From a virus (taxonomy: Duplodnaviria; Caudoviricetes), in the IMG/VR virus record IMGVR_UViG_3300027899_000015, positions 1 through 56,832 of that record: DNA of 56,832 bases, one strand, 5' to 3'. This document shows, piece after piece, positions 38,201 to 48,431 of the stretch (position 1 is its first letter; each line of letters begins with the position of its first letter). A model generated the notes under the pieces. It did not search any database and had not been told where the DNA came from. It was given only the letters and a program-made list of their open reading frames with translations. The position numbers and the translations under genes were made by a program.

Positions 38201-40150
38201 ATCAAGTTTAAAATTTGTTGGACTAAGTAGTAATGATTGAGTTGGATAAGTGGATAATATTATGTTTGATGATGGGAAGTATGTTTTAAATCTGAATTCT
38301 ATACCGTTAGGTGCTATATCATTATATCCGGTTTTGTTAAGATTTTGATCTAAATAAACCCATGGTACAACAATTTCACCAGAGTAAGATGTATCAATAG
38401 CATAAGTAAATCTATCATATTCATATTCAAATGAAGATGTTACTTTATCAACACCACCATATTCTATAGCACCCATTATTGTGGGTGGTATTCCAAATAT
38501 AGTATTTAAATATTGATTAAAACGATTTGTACCTTTTGATTTAAGTAATAAAGGTAAGTTATGGTATAAACGTTTATAAATTCCTTTTTGTTGGTCTTGT
38601 CCTGATATTTGATATTGAGATGCTGTTATTAAGGTATCATATGATCCAGTATTAGGTAAGTAATTGCCATTTTCATCTACACCATACAAATATTTAAATA
38701 CATTAGTACCATCTTCATCTGTATAGGTAGTAATACCCATTGATTGTAAAGCAAAGTATACTAAATCTTTAGATATACCTTGGTTTAAAGCATTTTTAGA
38801 TTGATATAAATCAGATATAGCTTTAATATGAATCCAAATATCATCAAACATTTGTCCTATAGATGCTACAAATTCAAATGCTAATTCATTATCATTATTT
38901 TCAGCTATATAACCAGGTAAAGTATATAATAAATAATTTTGGTTATTATCATCATATAATGAAGCAGAGTCGTGATTACCACTATACCAAGAAACAGATT
39001 CTGAAGAAGTTATTGATTGGTTTATATATGGTTTAGTATAATTTTGTTTAGGCCATGAAAATGATGTTGATTCAAAATAAAGATATTGTTCCCAACCATC
39101 AAAACTTTGAATAGTTTTATTTATATTATTTTGATACTTTTGAGCATCTAATAATGATGATGGTGAAGTACTAGATGCTGCTGAGGCACTAGAAGAGGTA
39201 AATAATTCAATATTAGATAATTTATATTGAAATCCTTCTAGTCTGCGAGCTGCTGATGAGAAATGAACAAAGTTTTTATACTCAGTATAATCAACATTGA
39301 TTGAAAAATTAGAAGCACTTAATTGACCAAGTAATTGTTGTAATTGAGGAGCAAAATCACCTTGAAAATTAGTTACTTGATTAAAATTATAATAAGGTGT
39401 TGGTCCTACTCTTAGTTGATCTAAATCTAAATCAAAATTAGGCCCACGTAATGTAGGATAAACTACAGGAATTGTATCTGGAGTGATAACTGCTTCAAAT
39501 ATCTGTGGATTTGAAATTTCATCAACAACATTAACTAAATTATTTGTCCTATATTTTACAGGTAATGGGTTTAGTAATTTAATTAAAACTGTTGGTACAT
39601 CAACTGATGGATTTTTGCCTAAATCTAAAGCTACATTAACAGCAGGCAATAATTGGTTTTTACCAAAATTTAAATAAAATTCTTTAAAATAAGGAGTACT
39701 TTGAAATGATTGAATAAATTCATTAGTATTAGTAATAATTTCATCATTAGGAATATTATTAGTACTTAATCTTATTTCTGTTCTATCACCAGATATTTCT
39801 TTAATGAATAAACTTGGATTATAACTTTTAACTATAACAGGTCTTAAAATATTATATGTTACAACATAATCACCAAATTGTATACCTGCATTTTTTAAAT
39901 CTAAAGCAGGATCAAAATTTAATTCTTGTATAGTATATGTTGTAGAAGGCTGAAAAGTACCTGGTATTGTATATCCAGTAAATGGTACTATTGAATATAT
40001 ATTTTTTCCTGAAGGATCAGATATATTCATTTCAACATAATCTTCAGCAGATCCAAAATTACGGACCATGTCTCTTGTCACAACTAGTTGAGACGCAGAA
40101 CCCGTTAATATGTTGTTGCTTGTAGGTATTTTTTTAATAGTAGTACTCAT
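35261..40150 (-). CDS. Large baseplate wedge-like structural protein (1629 aa)
   Basis: LPGYI...IGQMFDDIW, LYHNLPLLLKSKGT...IFGIP and LKDFTPAR motifs of wedge/tail-I-like proteins; LamG-like segment (FTGSYQEVRLW). Confidence 0.6.
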   Translation of the reverse strand: MSTTIKKIPTSNNILTGSASQLVVTRDMVRNFGSAEDYVEMNISDPSGKNIYSIVPFTGYTIPGTFQPSTTYTIQELNFDPALDLKNAGIQFGDYVVTYNILRPVIVKSYNPSLFIKEISGDRTEIRLSTNNIPNDEIITNTNEFIQSFQSTPYFKEFYLNFGKNQLLPAVNVALDLGKNPSVDVPTVLIKLLNPLPVKYRTNNLVNVVDEISNPQIFEAVITPDTIPVVYPTLRGPNFDLDLDQLRVGPTPYYNFNQVTNFQGDFAPQLQQLLGQLSASNFSINVDYTEYKNFVHFSSAARRLEGFQYKLSNIELFTSSSASAASSTSPSSLLDAQKYQNNINKTIQSFDGWEQYLYFESTSFSWPKQNYTKPYINQSITSSESVSWYSGNHDSASLYDDNNQNYLLYTLPGYIAENNDNELAFEFVASIGQMFDDIWIHIKAISDLYQSKNALNQGISKDLVYFALQSMGITTYTDEDGTNVFKYLYGVDENGNYLPNTGSYDTLITASQYQISGQDQQKGIYKRLYHNLPLLLKSKGTNRFNQYLNTIFGIPPTIMGAIEYGGVDKVTSSFEYEYDRFTYAIDTSYSGEIVVPWVYLDQNLNKTGYNDIAPNGIEFRFKTYFPSSNIILSTYPTQSLLLSPTNFKLDLIYTQTGSNDSIYAGTTGDFGYFQFTLGSTSITSSTIPVFTTGSNDDTSWYSVLLQRRYPNKRSTQTSDPQYYDLYVKNNIYGEVGHKTSASLYTTTQNASWYIDDNNLLLGNGSSATPFTGSYQEVRLWSNYISESVFDSHVLNPESIEGNFTTSSFGDLAARFTLGNNLYTYNHSITTKVYSTHPDQKTQILTASFIGFPNQNSYVSFTETYYADVANSGYANPVTDKIRIVSGSTYGNQLMPNKSIEAQPIIPLTKDIHLLDASLSPQDEIDRAIIAQFGSTYNLDDIIGNPATGSYQQFQVLQNDFFKKFNNKYNYKDYIRLISFFHNSLFRTLKDFTPARTNLSTGIVIKPHLLERPVIQRYEPTITHLEYSQSIDTAFFTASNGGNYSQSLYIITHQTPFGPLDKLSDASDFYTGELPSASIECVATQSNPFIYFNPYNTSPYSESIFKYEYDPLINNVPNSVTSSIRQKLTYITSASVLTEVLEPIELQDFTYQYLRHARPRYIGSQTNSSNYNFFNNNDFNTWKNGIGPYGRNAVIDKNTIQFAYFSEATCTGSFQISMPERTNLYIKYLIDETGSLTELAQRDYANVRSNQLYNLYQVQNIFKTGEQLNVALFNNQSPSLQKTLDGNQFIHSSGYKYYPVLWRIADTDQNYYVPSGYSSIGVSALNASNYTPSSIKYRVITHFGWFTTSLTGTVTYTPASLLPYDVIVRIRINVVLGTPSYVDVLIPRYGTDGITANYTGTYRVDRSGIDILQSNVPDIVSVRPAANVAPSFLYNYTDASPELIVHDESGQPTDIISCSAGLALYYGNNEGIYFSGSVLDTSLPGPLTSSIRQYNTYCPPDYPFYLNPGDIVRFESGSSTTGSTFRAANEYTILEVNYNSLPSPPTLTFKVDRVVNNAVTMSSTPYNIDRYVFSKKIEDETNIIIEHRKNIGPTSPGIIKNQNLLLSIDDKVANIVSELKSKIFSTVLTN

Positions 40151-40151
40151 G

Positions 40152-40499
40152 TTATACTAAAGTTCCTGGGTTTATTTGAGAAGTTAATAGTATTTGATTT
40201 TTTAGATTAATATTTTCTTCTCTTAATTCAGTAATTTCGTTTTGTAAATCTTCTAAAGATATACCTAAATAATCTAAACTTCTTGTTGCTAATGCTAAAT
40301 GTGATTCATCAGAACCTGAAGGAGGAATATCGTAAAATAAAACATCATATTCATTAAAAAATTGAGACACAGTCATATCTGGTTGGACTGCTTTTTCATT
40401 TGATAATGAAGTAGCTAGTTGTGAAAAACTAGTATTAACTGTATTATTGAAACTTTGTAAACTATAAATAGTTTTCTGTATTTTTATTTGTTCACTCAT
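40152..40499 (-). CDS. Hypothetical structural-region protein with C-terminal coiled coil
   Basis: LEDLQNEITELREENINLKNQIL; overlaps upstream gene stop. Confidence 0.6.
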   Translation of the reverse strand: MSEQIKIQKTIYSLQSFNNTVNTSFSQLATSLSNEKAVQPDMTVSQFFNEYDVLFYDIPPSGSDESHLALATRSLDYLGISLEDLQNEITELREENINLKNQILLTSQINPGTLV

Positions 40500-41611
40500 T
40501 ATTCAACAGTTTGTAATACTTTGAAATAATAATCATCATCATAAATGTAAGTACCACCGTCAATAGTAGTTTTAATTTGTATTTTATAATAACGATCAGG
40601 CTCTAAACCATTCATATATAATCTAAAATAACTACTAGTTGTATCAGCACTTAATTTAGTTGCTACATTATCAAAATCAATTACTTTTAAATTTGAATTT
40701 AAATCTATAATTGAATAATAAGAAGATATTGGTAATAATTTATTGTATATATATAATGATTGTTGAGAGTAATTACGTTGTGGATATTTTTCTCTAGCAT
40801 ACACTCTAAACTTTACATATTCATTATCATAAAAAATATTCTTATTATTAGAAACAGATATATTTATTTCTTCGTTGGATACAAAAGGAGTAGAACCAGT
40901 ATTAAATGTACTATCATCCCATTTAAATTCCAAACATGGAGGATAAATAGTGTTAGTATCTCTAGAAAAGAAATTAAATGTGTAAATGTAATTATAGTTA
41001 AATTCAAATGAACCAGTATTTGCTGAGGTTGAGGTATCATTCATTATAATGAATCCATTATTTTGAATAACACTAGATGTATACCATCCTATAAATTTAG
41101 TAACATCAAGATTAATATCTTTAGTTGAAAAGTAATCAAATGATTGAGTTACTGAAGAAGTATACCAGTTAGCTCCTCCGTAGTTAGATCCATAAAAAGA
41201 TGAGGTTACGTTTGTTGGTAAACCATACATAGTCCAAGAATCTGTTTGGTTTGAATTTCTATATTTCCAACTCGCACCATCACTAGTTTCAGGAATGTTA
41301 TTAAAACGTCCTGTACCCATATCCCAACTTTCGTATACTGGGTGTAATTCAATATTAAAATCAGCTGGTATACCTTCTACGTGGGCATTATATACTTTTA
41401 AAGAAGCAGTGAAGTTAGCGCCTGATTTGGATACAGCTTCTGCTATATCAGCATTGTCAAATTTAATTAATATACGACTAGTTGAAGATGAGGGATAAAG
41501 ATATGGAGCGTTTTTAGATAAATCTAAAATTGAGTCCAACCCTGCGTTTAAGGTCTCATAGTCTGTATAAATTGTAGTATCCTGTGATGGAAATATTTTA
41601 AAAACACCCAT
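40499..41611 (-). CDS. Virion beta-sandwich protein (DNRLRE/CBM96-like N-domain)
   Basis: SQDTTIY...SRILIKFD...ASLKVY...ESWDMGTG...SW...NNGFII...FFSRD...PCLE pattern. Confidence 0.6.
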   Translation of the reverse strand: MGVFKIFPSQDTTIYTDYETLNAGLDSILDLSKNAPYLYPSSSTSRILIKFDNADIAEAVSKSGANFTASLKVYNAHVEGIPADFNIELHPVYESWDMGTGRFNNIPETSDGASWKYRNSNQTDSWTMYGLPTNVTSSFYGSNYGGANWYTSSVTQSFDYFSTKDINLDVTKFIGWYTSSVIQNNGFIIMNDTSTSANTGSFEFNYNYIYTFNFFSRDTNTIYPPCLEFKWDDSTFNTGSTPFVSNEEINISVSNNKNIFYDNEYVKFRVYAREKYPQRNYSQQSLYIYNKLLPISSYYSIIDLNSNLKVIDFDNVATKLSADTTSSYFRLYMNGLEPDRYYKIQIKTTIDGGTYIYDDDYYFKVLQTVE

Positions 41612-41656
41612 TTATATTAGTATTATTCTAGTATAAATATGGAATGTTTATAAAAT

Positions 41657-42256
41657 TTAAGCTAGTAAAGCGTAGTATTCCTTAAAATGTTTAGTACGAT
41701 CAGCTAAACCAATAGTACCGCCATTAACACGTTTAGTTATTTCGGTAACAACAGCATCAGTAGCACCTTTATCAGCAATTTTATGTAAATTATTTTTATG
41801 AAAAAACCAACCAGCTGACATTAATGGATATTTAGTAGCTACTAAGTCTGGATTTTCGAGAATATTTTCAGTTACAACAGTATCAAATGCTTTATAATTA
41901 TCTTTACCTGTTAATTGAATATATCCACGTCCTCTAAATTTCCATCCTTCACCTGATGTTTTATCACCATTACCCATACGACCAGCATATACTATGTTAG
42001 CTATTTTTTCTGGTTTACGCTCATATAAAAGAGCTATTTCGTTTGTTGGGAAATATTTTTTAAAGATGCTATTTAAACCTTTAGCACCATAATTTAAATT
42101 TTCATTTACTAATTTGAATCCACCGGATTCATGTCCTGCTTGAGCAAGAAAATGAGCTAAACGTAATGGTGTGTTTAACTCGAATTTATTAATTGTATCT
42201 GGAAGTTGTGTGATTACTGATTCAGGAATGTGTCCTTTTAATTTGTCTAGATTCAT
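41657..42256 (-). CDS. Glycoside hydrolase family 19 endolysin
   Basis: LAHFLAQAGHESGGF, ENLNY, FRGRGYIQLTGKDNY, ITKRVNGGTIGLADR. Confidence 0.93.
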   Translation of the reverse strand: MNLDKLKGHIPESVITQLPDTINKFELNTPLRLAHFLAQAGHESGGFKLVNENLNYGAKGLNSIFKKYFPTNEIALLYERKPEKIANIVYAGRMGNGDKTSGEGWKFRGRGYIQLTGKDNYKAFDTVVTENILENPDLVATKYPLMSAGWFFHKNNLHKIADKGATDAVVTEITKRVNGGTIGLADRTKHFKEYYALLA

Positions 42257-42444
42257 TACTTTTTAGTTTTTAATTTATAATAAATTTGAACACATAACCA
42301 AACTATAGAAGCTATATAAAAAACACCTGTAATCACAGGATTAAAAACTTGGAAAAAGCTATTTAAAGCGGCTAAACATGTTGTTACTAAACCAAGTGTA
42401 TTAGCTTCGGGAGAGTTTACCATAGTTGTGATAAATTTAGGCAT
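42256..42444 (-). CDS. Putative holin
   Basis: 62 aa, hydrophobic segments, basic C-tail KLKTKK, stop overlaps endolysin start. Confidence 0.6.
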   Translation of the reverse strand: MPKFITTMVNSPEANTLGLVTTCLAALNSFFQVFNPVITGVFYIASIVWLCVQIYYKLKTKK

Positions 42445-42448
42445 ACTT

Positions 42449-44323
42449 TTAATAAGTTACTATGCGGCCATAAATATCTGTATCTGGGTATCTCACTTCA
42501 AAAATACATGGATCTATTGAAGGGTATATAACTCCTTGTTTTGTTGCGGCTTGAATATCATACCCATATGAAGAATAATTACCACTAGCTAAATTAATAA
42601 TATTAACGTTAATTACTGATTGGACTCCTTTAATAGCTCCTATTAGATTATATATATCCGAATATATTATTGGTTGGTTGATTTGCCATTTAGATATATC
42701 AAAATAATCTTTTAGAGCACTAATACAACTAGTTAATACATCTTGTGAGTTATAAGCTGGTAAAACTGATATGTCAAAATTTACTTTTATATTAACATAG
42801 TATGCATCCTTAATTAATACTGCATCACTCATCATTTTATTATATGATAAGTATGTTTTTAAATTTTGTTTAATTACATTAGAAGCTGTAGTTAATTTAC
42901 CATCAATATTAGTTGATAAAATATATACTGAAAGTGCTAATGGGTTATTATTTATAAAATTTTGTTTGTCTATATCATTAGCTACTAAATAATCTTGTGT
43001 TACATAAGCTTTACTTATATAACCAAATTTAGCAGGCATAGAAAGTGTTCTAACTAAATAATCAGCCTTAGTTACATTTCTATTTTGAGTTGGAAAATTA
43101 GCTAATGCTTGTAAACGAATTTGTTCTGTTGTTTCTCCAGGTCCACCTCCTGATGAAGGAGTATCATTATTAAATCTAACTGATCCTGATATTAAATTAA
43201 CAAGTGTAGTATTTAAATTATATGAATTTATTGTTGTAGGAACATTTACATTTAATCCAATATCGTCTGTTGGTAAATTTGCTTCAATACCTCCACCTAC
43301 TAAATAAGTTACGGTCAGAGTAGTATTTGAAGGTGCTATACCATATTCATTTGTATATTGAAAGTTAGATGGATCATAAGCCATATTTAATTTACTAATT
43401 CCATCTACTAAACCTAAACCAACATTATCAGGATTTGGAATAATAACTTCATCAGGTGATGAAGAAACACCACTACCAAATTCTAACATTAAATTATTAT
43501 CATCATCAAAACGAGTAGCAAAACGTCTTTGTACTTTTTTTACACGTAATAAAAAACGAGCACTATCATCATCATTATAATAATTAGGTTCGTTTGTTGG
43601 TATATTTAAAGATTCATCAAATATTGTATCTTGAGCTAAATAAGGAACTTCATACCATTGATTATTATCACTATCAACAACATCAATTACTTCAATAATA
43701 TTTGAATCATTAATTGTAACCACAGGAAACTGTTCAGGAATAGAAAAAGTAAAAGATGCAGTTTTCATTTGTCCTGATATAGCTTCTACTTGTTTTTTAA
43801 GTAGATAATATTGTGGATTAGAGGTATTAGTATAGTATTGATATATAGTAACATCTGTTGGGTCAAATGAAGATGAATGATGAAAATCAACTGAATCTTG
43901 AGTAACAAATGTTATGTTTGGTTTTGATATTGATTTAACAGTAGCATTTTTTTCAATTCTTAAAGCATATCTATAGTCTGGATTGTAATTAGGAAAACCA
44001 TCAGATGGTACTAATTGATAAGAGTTTAATGTTACTGATGATGCTGTTATTACTTTTGGTCTATATCCTAAAGCATAAGCTAAAGCTATAATGTTTTTTC
44101 TCTCTTGGGCATATAATAATAATGTCTCTTGTAATTGAGTATCAGTATAAAATGATAAAACATCACCTACATAAGCAGCCATTTCAATAAACATATTACC
44201 AGGAGCAGATGGACTGAAATCCATATAGCTGTTTTGGAAATAGGTTCTAGCATAATTAATTAAGTCTGACTTTAATGTGCTAAAGTCTTTATCGAAATAT
44301 TTTATATCGGGTGTATTTGCCAT
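42449..44323 (-). CDS. gp6: Baseplate wedge subunit (T4 gp6-like)
   Basis: DFSTLKSDLINY, MFIEMAAYVGDVLSFY, LEFGSG, TYLVGGG, GGGPGET, TQNRNVTKADY. Confidence 0.9.
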   Translation of the reverse strand: MANTPDIKYFDKDFSTLKSDLINYARTYFQNSYMDFSPSAPGNMFIEMAAYVGDVLSFYTDTQLQETLLLYAQERKNIIALAYALGYRPKVITASSVTLNSYQLVPSDGFPNYNPDYRYALRIEKNATVKSISKPNITFVTQDSVDFHHSSSFDPTDVTIYQYYTNTSNPQYYLLKKQVEAISGQMKTASFTFSIPEQFPVVTINDSNIIEVIDVVDSDNNQWYEVPYLAQDTIFDESLNIPTNEPNYYNDDDSARFLLRVKKVQRRFATRFDDDNNLMLEFGSGVSSSPDEVIIPNPDNVGLGLVDGISKLNMAYDPSNFQYTNEYGIAPSNTTLTVTYLVGGGIEANLPTDDIGLNVNVPTTINSYNLNTTLVNLISGSVRFNNDTPSSGGGPGETTEQIRLQALANFPTQNRNVTKADYLVRTLSMPAKFGYISKAYVTQDYLVANDIDKQNFINNNPLALSVYILSTNIDGKLTTASNVIKQNLKTYLSYNKMMSDAVLIKDAYYVNIKVNFDISVLPAYNSQDVLTSCISALKDYFDISKWQINQPIIYSDIYNLIGAIKGVQSVINVNIINLASGNYSSYGYDIQAATKQGVIYPSIDPCIFEVRYPDTDIYGRIVTY

Positions 44324-44745
44324 TATTGTTTGGTTAAGTCATTTGTTGAAACATTTATAACTAAATTATCATCTTGATTATTTATAGAATAATCTAAAAC
44401 TATATTAACTGCATTTTCATCAGAAAATTTTTTAACTCCTATATTCTTAATAATAATATTAGGTACATAAGCGTATATTTCTTGCTCTAATCTAGCTGCT
44501 ACATTATCAAAATCTGTGTCTGGTTGGAAAAGAGATGCTCTTAAGTTTCCACCAAATGTAGGATTAAAAAGACGCTCACCTTTATCAGTTAATATATAAT
44601 TGATTAAATTTGATTTTACTTGGTCTTTAGTAGTGAATGTTTGATTAAAAACATTAGTACCATTATTAAATAAAACACTAATACCTATACCTCTAGGTTG
44701 TCCTACATCTTGAGGATTAAGTTTATATGTTGGTCTATTTAACAT
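44323..44745 (-). CDS. gp25: Baseplate wedge subunit (T4 gp25-like)
   Basis: VKSNLINYILTDKGERLFNPTFGGNLRASLF. Confidence 0.9.
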   Translation of the reverse strand: MLNRPTYKLNPQDVGQPRGIGISVLFNNGTNVFNQTFTTKDQVKSNLINYILTDKGERLFNPTFGGNLRASLFQPDTDFDNVAARLEQEIYAYVPNIIIKNIGVKKFSDENAVNIVLDYSINNQDDNLVINVSTNDLTKQ

Positions 44746-45221
44746 TATATTTGTCCTTTTTCTTTCATTGTTTTCATTAATCCACTAAAGTTAGGTACTA
44801 CATCAATTTTAACAGCGTTAATATCTCCTGCGGGTCTAGTATTAGCTAACATTTGATCTACACTTTCAACTACCATAGGTTCAGTTGAGTGACCATATTC
44901 TCCCATTGATGGGTTGAAGCCTTGAGCCATATGTGATTGACCATCAAGTACTGAACGCCATTCTCCACCCTGTGCTGTTTCATTTAATATATCATTTAAT
45001 ACACTATTATTAGTAAATGATGAAGGTTTAACAGGTTGTTTATAAGCAGCTGGTTTGATTGAATCAACTAGTGAATTTTTCATAGTAGGTTTTTTAGTTT
45101 CTACTACAGTTTGTTTAGGAGTTGGTGCTTCAAGCAATAATCCTAACTCTTCTCTTACCACTTGTTGTACTTCTTCGCGTACAACTTTACGTAGTAATTT
45201 AATAAATGTATCCGCTTTCAT
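44745..45221 (-). CDS. Hypothetical protein
   Basis: LRKVVREEVQQVVREE N-terminal helix; ATATTTAT motif upstream. Confidence 0.6.
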   Translation of the reverse strand: MKADTFIKLLRKVVREEVQQVVREELGLLLEAPTPKQTVVETKKPTMKNSLVDSIKPAAYKQPVKPSSFTNNSVLNDILNETAQGGEWRSVLDGQSHMAQGFNPSMGEYGHSTEPMVVESVDQMLANTRPAGDINAVKIDVVPNFSGLMKTMKEKGQI

Positions 45222-45237
45222 AGTTATAAATATTTTA

Positions 45238-46194
45238 TTATCCTAATATTTGTTTAAGTTCATTAATTAATTCATCAGCTTTGCGAGTTTTACTAGGAGC
45301 TGTTTGAGTTATTTTAAGTTTAGTAAATTTATCATAAGCTATAGCTTGTAATGCTCCTGAAAGTGTAGTTTCTACTTTAATTATATATTCTTTATTTCCG
45401 TCAGTATATTCAATTTCTGAAGGAATTATTGATTCTTTTATGGTTGTACTTAATGAAATTAATGGAGTTTGAGAAGTATTAGATATTGTTAGACTTAATG
45501 TATCTAATTTAATCTTAATAGCGTTAATCATTTTTTGGAATATACCTAATATAGTTTGGATAAATCCAATCATTAATATATAATTATTTATTTTATCTTC
45601 CAACTCTTTTCCATAATCACTATCAATTCTATCAGCTACTGTGTATGTTGATGCTGCTGGTTTAGCAGGAGAAGGGCTAGCTAGATCTGCTGATGCGGCT
45701 AATGCTTGGGCTTGTAATTTCTTTTTATTAATGGCTAATTTTAATTTAAGAGCAACTAAACCTGTTTTAAGTATTTTAAGTACTACAAGTATAGAATCAA
45801 CTATTGTTTTAAGTATTTTGATAAGTTTTTTTAAATTACTAACTTTACGATCAAAATCTTTTTTAAATTGATCATAATTACCAGGATTTCTAGGAACAAA
45901 AGTTATAGCACCATTTACTACTTCAACTCGGCCTTTATCTTTTAATTTACGTTTTGTATCGTTTATTATTTTATTTAATATAGCGTTGGCTGATTTTTCA
46001 GCTTTGATAAATTTAGTTAATAGAGGTAAAATTATACCTACTATAGCTTTTTTAGCATCTGATGGACTAGTATTAGCTTCTTCTTTTATAAAGTTAGTTT
46101 TATCATCAAGTGATTTTTTTAAATTATCAGCTTTAGCTTGTTGTTGACCTTTAATTTTATCTATACTGGATGATATTTTTGTTTGATCGACCAT
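45238..46194 (-). CDS. Hypothetical helical baseplate-region protein
   Basis: Amphipathic/hydrophobic helices; overlaps stop of the upstream gene. Confidence 0.55.
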   Translation of the reverse strand: MVDQTKISSSIDKIKGQQQAKADNLKKSLDDKTNFIKEEANTSPSDAKKAIVGIILPLLTKFIKAEKSANAILNKIINDTKRKLKDKGRVEVVNGAITFVPRNPGNYDQFKKDFDRKVSNLKKLIKILKTIVDSILVVLKILKTGLVALKLKLAINKKKLQAQALAASADLASPSPAKPAASTYTVADRIDSDYGKELEDKINNYILMIGFIQTILGIFQKMINAIKIKLDTLSLTISNTSQTPLISLSTTIKESIIPSEIEYTDGNKEYIIKVETTLSGALQAIAYDKFTKLKITQTAPSKTRKADELINELKQILG

Positions 46195-46646
46195 TATATT
46201 GTAAATGATTTTTCTGATTTGAAATTATCAATATTAATCTTAATTTGTTGTATTCTTCCTTTTAAATAAGCAGTTGCCGGTTGTAACATTACAGCCATTA
46301 ATGGTCCAGGTACAACAGCTGCTGCTTGAACTAAATCACTATATGTAGATAAAGTATCTAACAAATCAGTTAGTAATAAATCTAATTGTTCTCCTTTTAC
46401 TATAGGTTCAGGTACTCCATATCTTTCTAATCCAAGTTGTATTTTAGGAGCATTAACTAAAAACATATTTTGCTCATTATCACTATCTATACTACCAACA
46501 TCAATAGTTACTTTATCACCTGCTGATAGATTAATATAACGTTGAGAATTAAGATATATATCATTAGAACGAGCATTAAGTACTAATCGTCCTGATGATA
46601 ATACAACTTGTTCTCCTTTATATGTTTTTATATCGTTTGTAGCCAT
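46194..46646 (-). CDS. Baseplate spike (gp5 C-terminal-like) protein
   Basis: QVVLSSGRLVLNARSNDIYLNS beta-repeat strands, KIQLG...EPIVKGEQL; position upstream of gp25/gp6. Confidence 0.55.
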   Translation of the reverse strand: MATNDIKTYKGEQVVLSSGRLVLNARSNDIYLNSQRYINLSAGDKVTIDVGSIDSDNEQNMFLVNAPKIQLGLERYGVPEPIVKGEQLDLLLTDLLDTLSTYSDLVQAAAVVPGPLMAVMLQPATAYLKGRIQQIKINIDNFKSEKSFTI

Positions 46647-47644
46647 TATTTATTAATATTACTTACATGAAGATGATTGTAGTGATCTTTTGTTTGCCAT
46701 AATACAGCTTTGCTAAAACCACTTTCTGTATTCCATTTATAACCTAATTGTACAAGAGCATCTTTAAGTTTATCTCCTAATTTCCTAAACTCAGGACTAC
46801 CATAACTAAATCCTAAATTAAGTATAGCTATATCAACTCCTGTACCATTCATATGTCTACTTGTAGTACCAGATTTTGTGGTTTCATTATGTCCTGTTTT
46901 AGCGGTAGTTATAGTAATTACTATTCCTACTGCTTTAGAAGCGGTAGCTAAATCTTTTACTAAACCAGGATTAATGTAACCATTTTTCCAATCATTTAAA
47001 GCACCACCTGATGAGAATTTAACGTATGTAGAAATTTCATTAAGACTAACATCTGATAAATTATATACTGTTGGAGTATCATTAGTTGTAATAGTTGTAG
47101 ATTTGATAATTCCTTTATTAGTTAAATCAACAATATTTTCATTTAATCTTGGATCTTCAGCATATATAGCTTCAAAAATTTGTAAACCAGTATCTTCAAC
47201 AGCTGGTAAGAAATTGGCTTCATAAATATCTTCTTCTATTTCTTTAAATGTTTTAGATACAGGAGGAGTTGGTTGAGGTGTAGTTGAAGGAGTAGGAGTT
47301 ATATTTATTAAAGTTTGAGATAATGTAGGAGATGGTGTATTATTTTGATTTGGTTGTATAATATTTGAATCTTGAGGTTGGAATATTGAATACTGATTAG
47401 TATTAGGTATGTTAACTTCAACAGGTTCACTATTTTCATTCATTATACCTATAAATGATGAGTTGGTATTAGGATTTATATCAACGTTTCCGGTATATCC
47501 ATCTTCATTAAGTTGTTTAGTAATGTCTTCTTGTTTAGATCCAAAAATATATTTTCCAGTTTTAGTAAGTAAAATACCTCCTCCATCCTCAGATTGTATT
47601 GAGAAATCAGTTAGATCTTGTTTTGAAAAATATTTATTATCCAT
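46646..47644 (-). CDS. Baseplate-region protein with C-terminal M15/LAS-type zinc peptidase
   Basis: SRHMNGTGVDI (H-x6-D) and HYNHLHVS (HxH). Confidence 0.7.
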   Translation of the reverse strand: MDNKYFSKQDLTDFSIQSEDGGGILLTKTGKYIFGSKQEDITKQLNEDGYTGNVDINPNTNSSFIGIMNENSEPVEVNIPNTNQYSIFQPQDSNIIQPNQNNTPSPTLSQTLINITPTPSTTPQPTPPVSKTFKEIEEDIYEANFLPAVEDTGLQIFEAIYAEDPRLNENIVDLTNKGIIKSTTITTNDTPTVYNLSDVSLNEISTYVKFSSGGALNDWKNGYINPGLVKDLATASKAVGIVITITTAKTGHNETTKSGTTSRHMNGTGVDIAILNLGFSYGSPEFRKLGDKLKDALVQLGYKWNTESGFSKAVLWQTKDHYNHLHVSNINK

Positions 47645-47645
47645 A

Positions 47646-48431
47646 TTATACTAAATCAGGTTGTGGTGGATAAAATTGATGACCATCATAAAAACCAAAA
47701 TATTTACCTTCATATACTAAATTTTCTCTTATAGATTCTTGAGTATAATTAACAAATACATATTTTTTTGTATATATTAAAACATTATTGTTATATATAT
47801 CTGCTTCCCAAGTTTCATAATTTAATGAAATTTTAAATGTATAATTAGAAAGAGGAGGAGATTGAGGAGCAGGTGAAGGTTGGGGTGTTATAGAAGTAGG
47901 AACTATAACTACTGAAGGTGAAGGTAAAGGTCGTTGAGCTGCATCAACTGTTGTTTGTTCTAACACAGGTGAATTAAATGGTATTCCTACTTCAGCCTTA
48001 TTAATATTAATATTAGTAACATTATCTTCAGGTGGGTTACTAAATTCATAAGCTGTTTTTTCAATTTTATTTTGTTCAACAGTTTGCCAAATACCTATCG
48101 GATCTAAATAATAAGCTGTCTTAGCATATTGTCCACCATTAACACTAATATCAGTATTTGGTCCTCTTAATAAAGGAACTATATAATCAATACCAGGTAG
48201 TTGTATTTTATTTTTATATAAAGGAAGTGCTTTACCTGGATGGTTTACAACTACATTATCTTCAATAATATTATATATTATTTCTTTAGTTGTTGGATTA
48301 ACAGCCGCTACAACACCATATTGAAATACAGATGATGGAGCTAGACTAGATAAACTATTTGAGTTTATTGATAACCCATTATGTGTTTTTTTAGTGGTAG
48401 TACCTGTCCGTATAGTATTTTCCTTACCCAT
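47646..48431 (-). CDS. Baseplate hub/gp5 N-terminal (OB-fold-like) protein
   Basis: GVVAAVN...ALPLYKNKIQLPGIDYIVPLL...YYLDPIGIW pattern; synteny. Confidence 0.45.
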   Translation of the reverse strand: MGKENTIRTGTTTKKTHNGLSINSNSLSSLAPSSVFQYGVVAAVNPTTKEIIYNIIEDNVVVNHPGKALPLYKNKIQLPGIDYIVPLLRGPNTDISVNGGQYAKTAYYLDPIGIWQTVEQNKIEKTAYEFSNPPEDNVTNININKAEVGIPFNSPVLEQTTVDAAQRPLPSPSVVIVPTSITPQPSPAPQSPPLSNYTFKISLNYETWEADIYNNNVLIYTKKYVFVNYTQESIRENLVYEGKYFGFYDGHQFYPPQPDLV

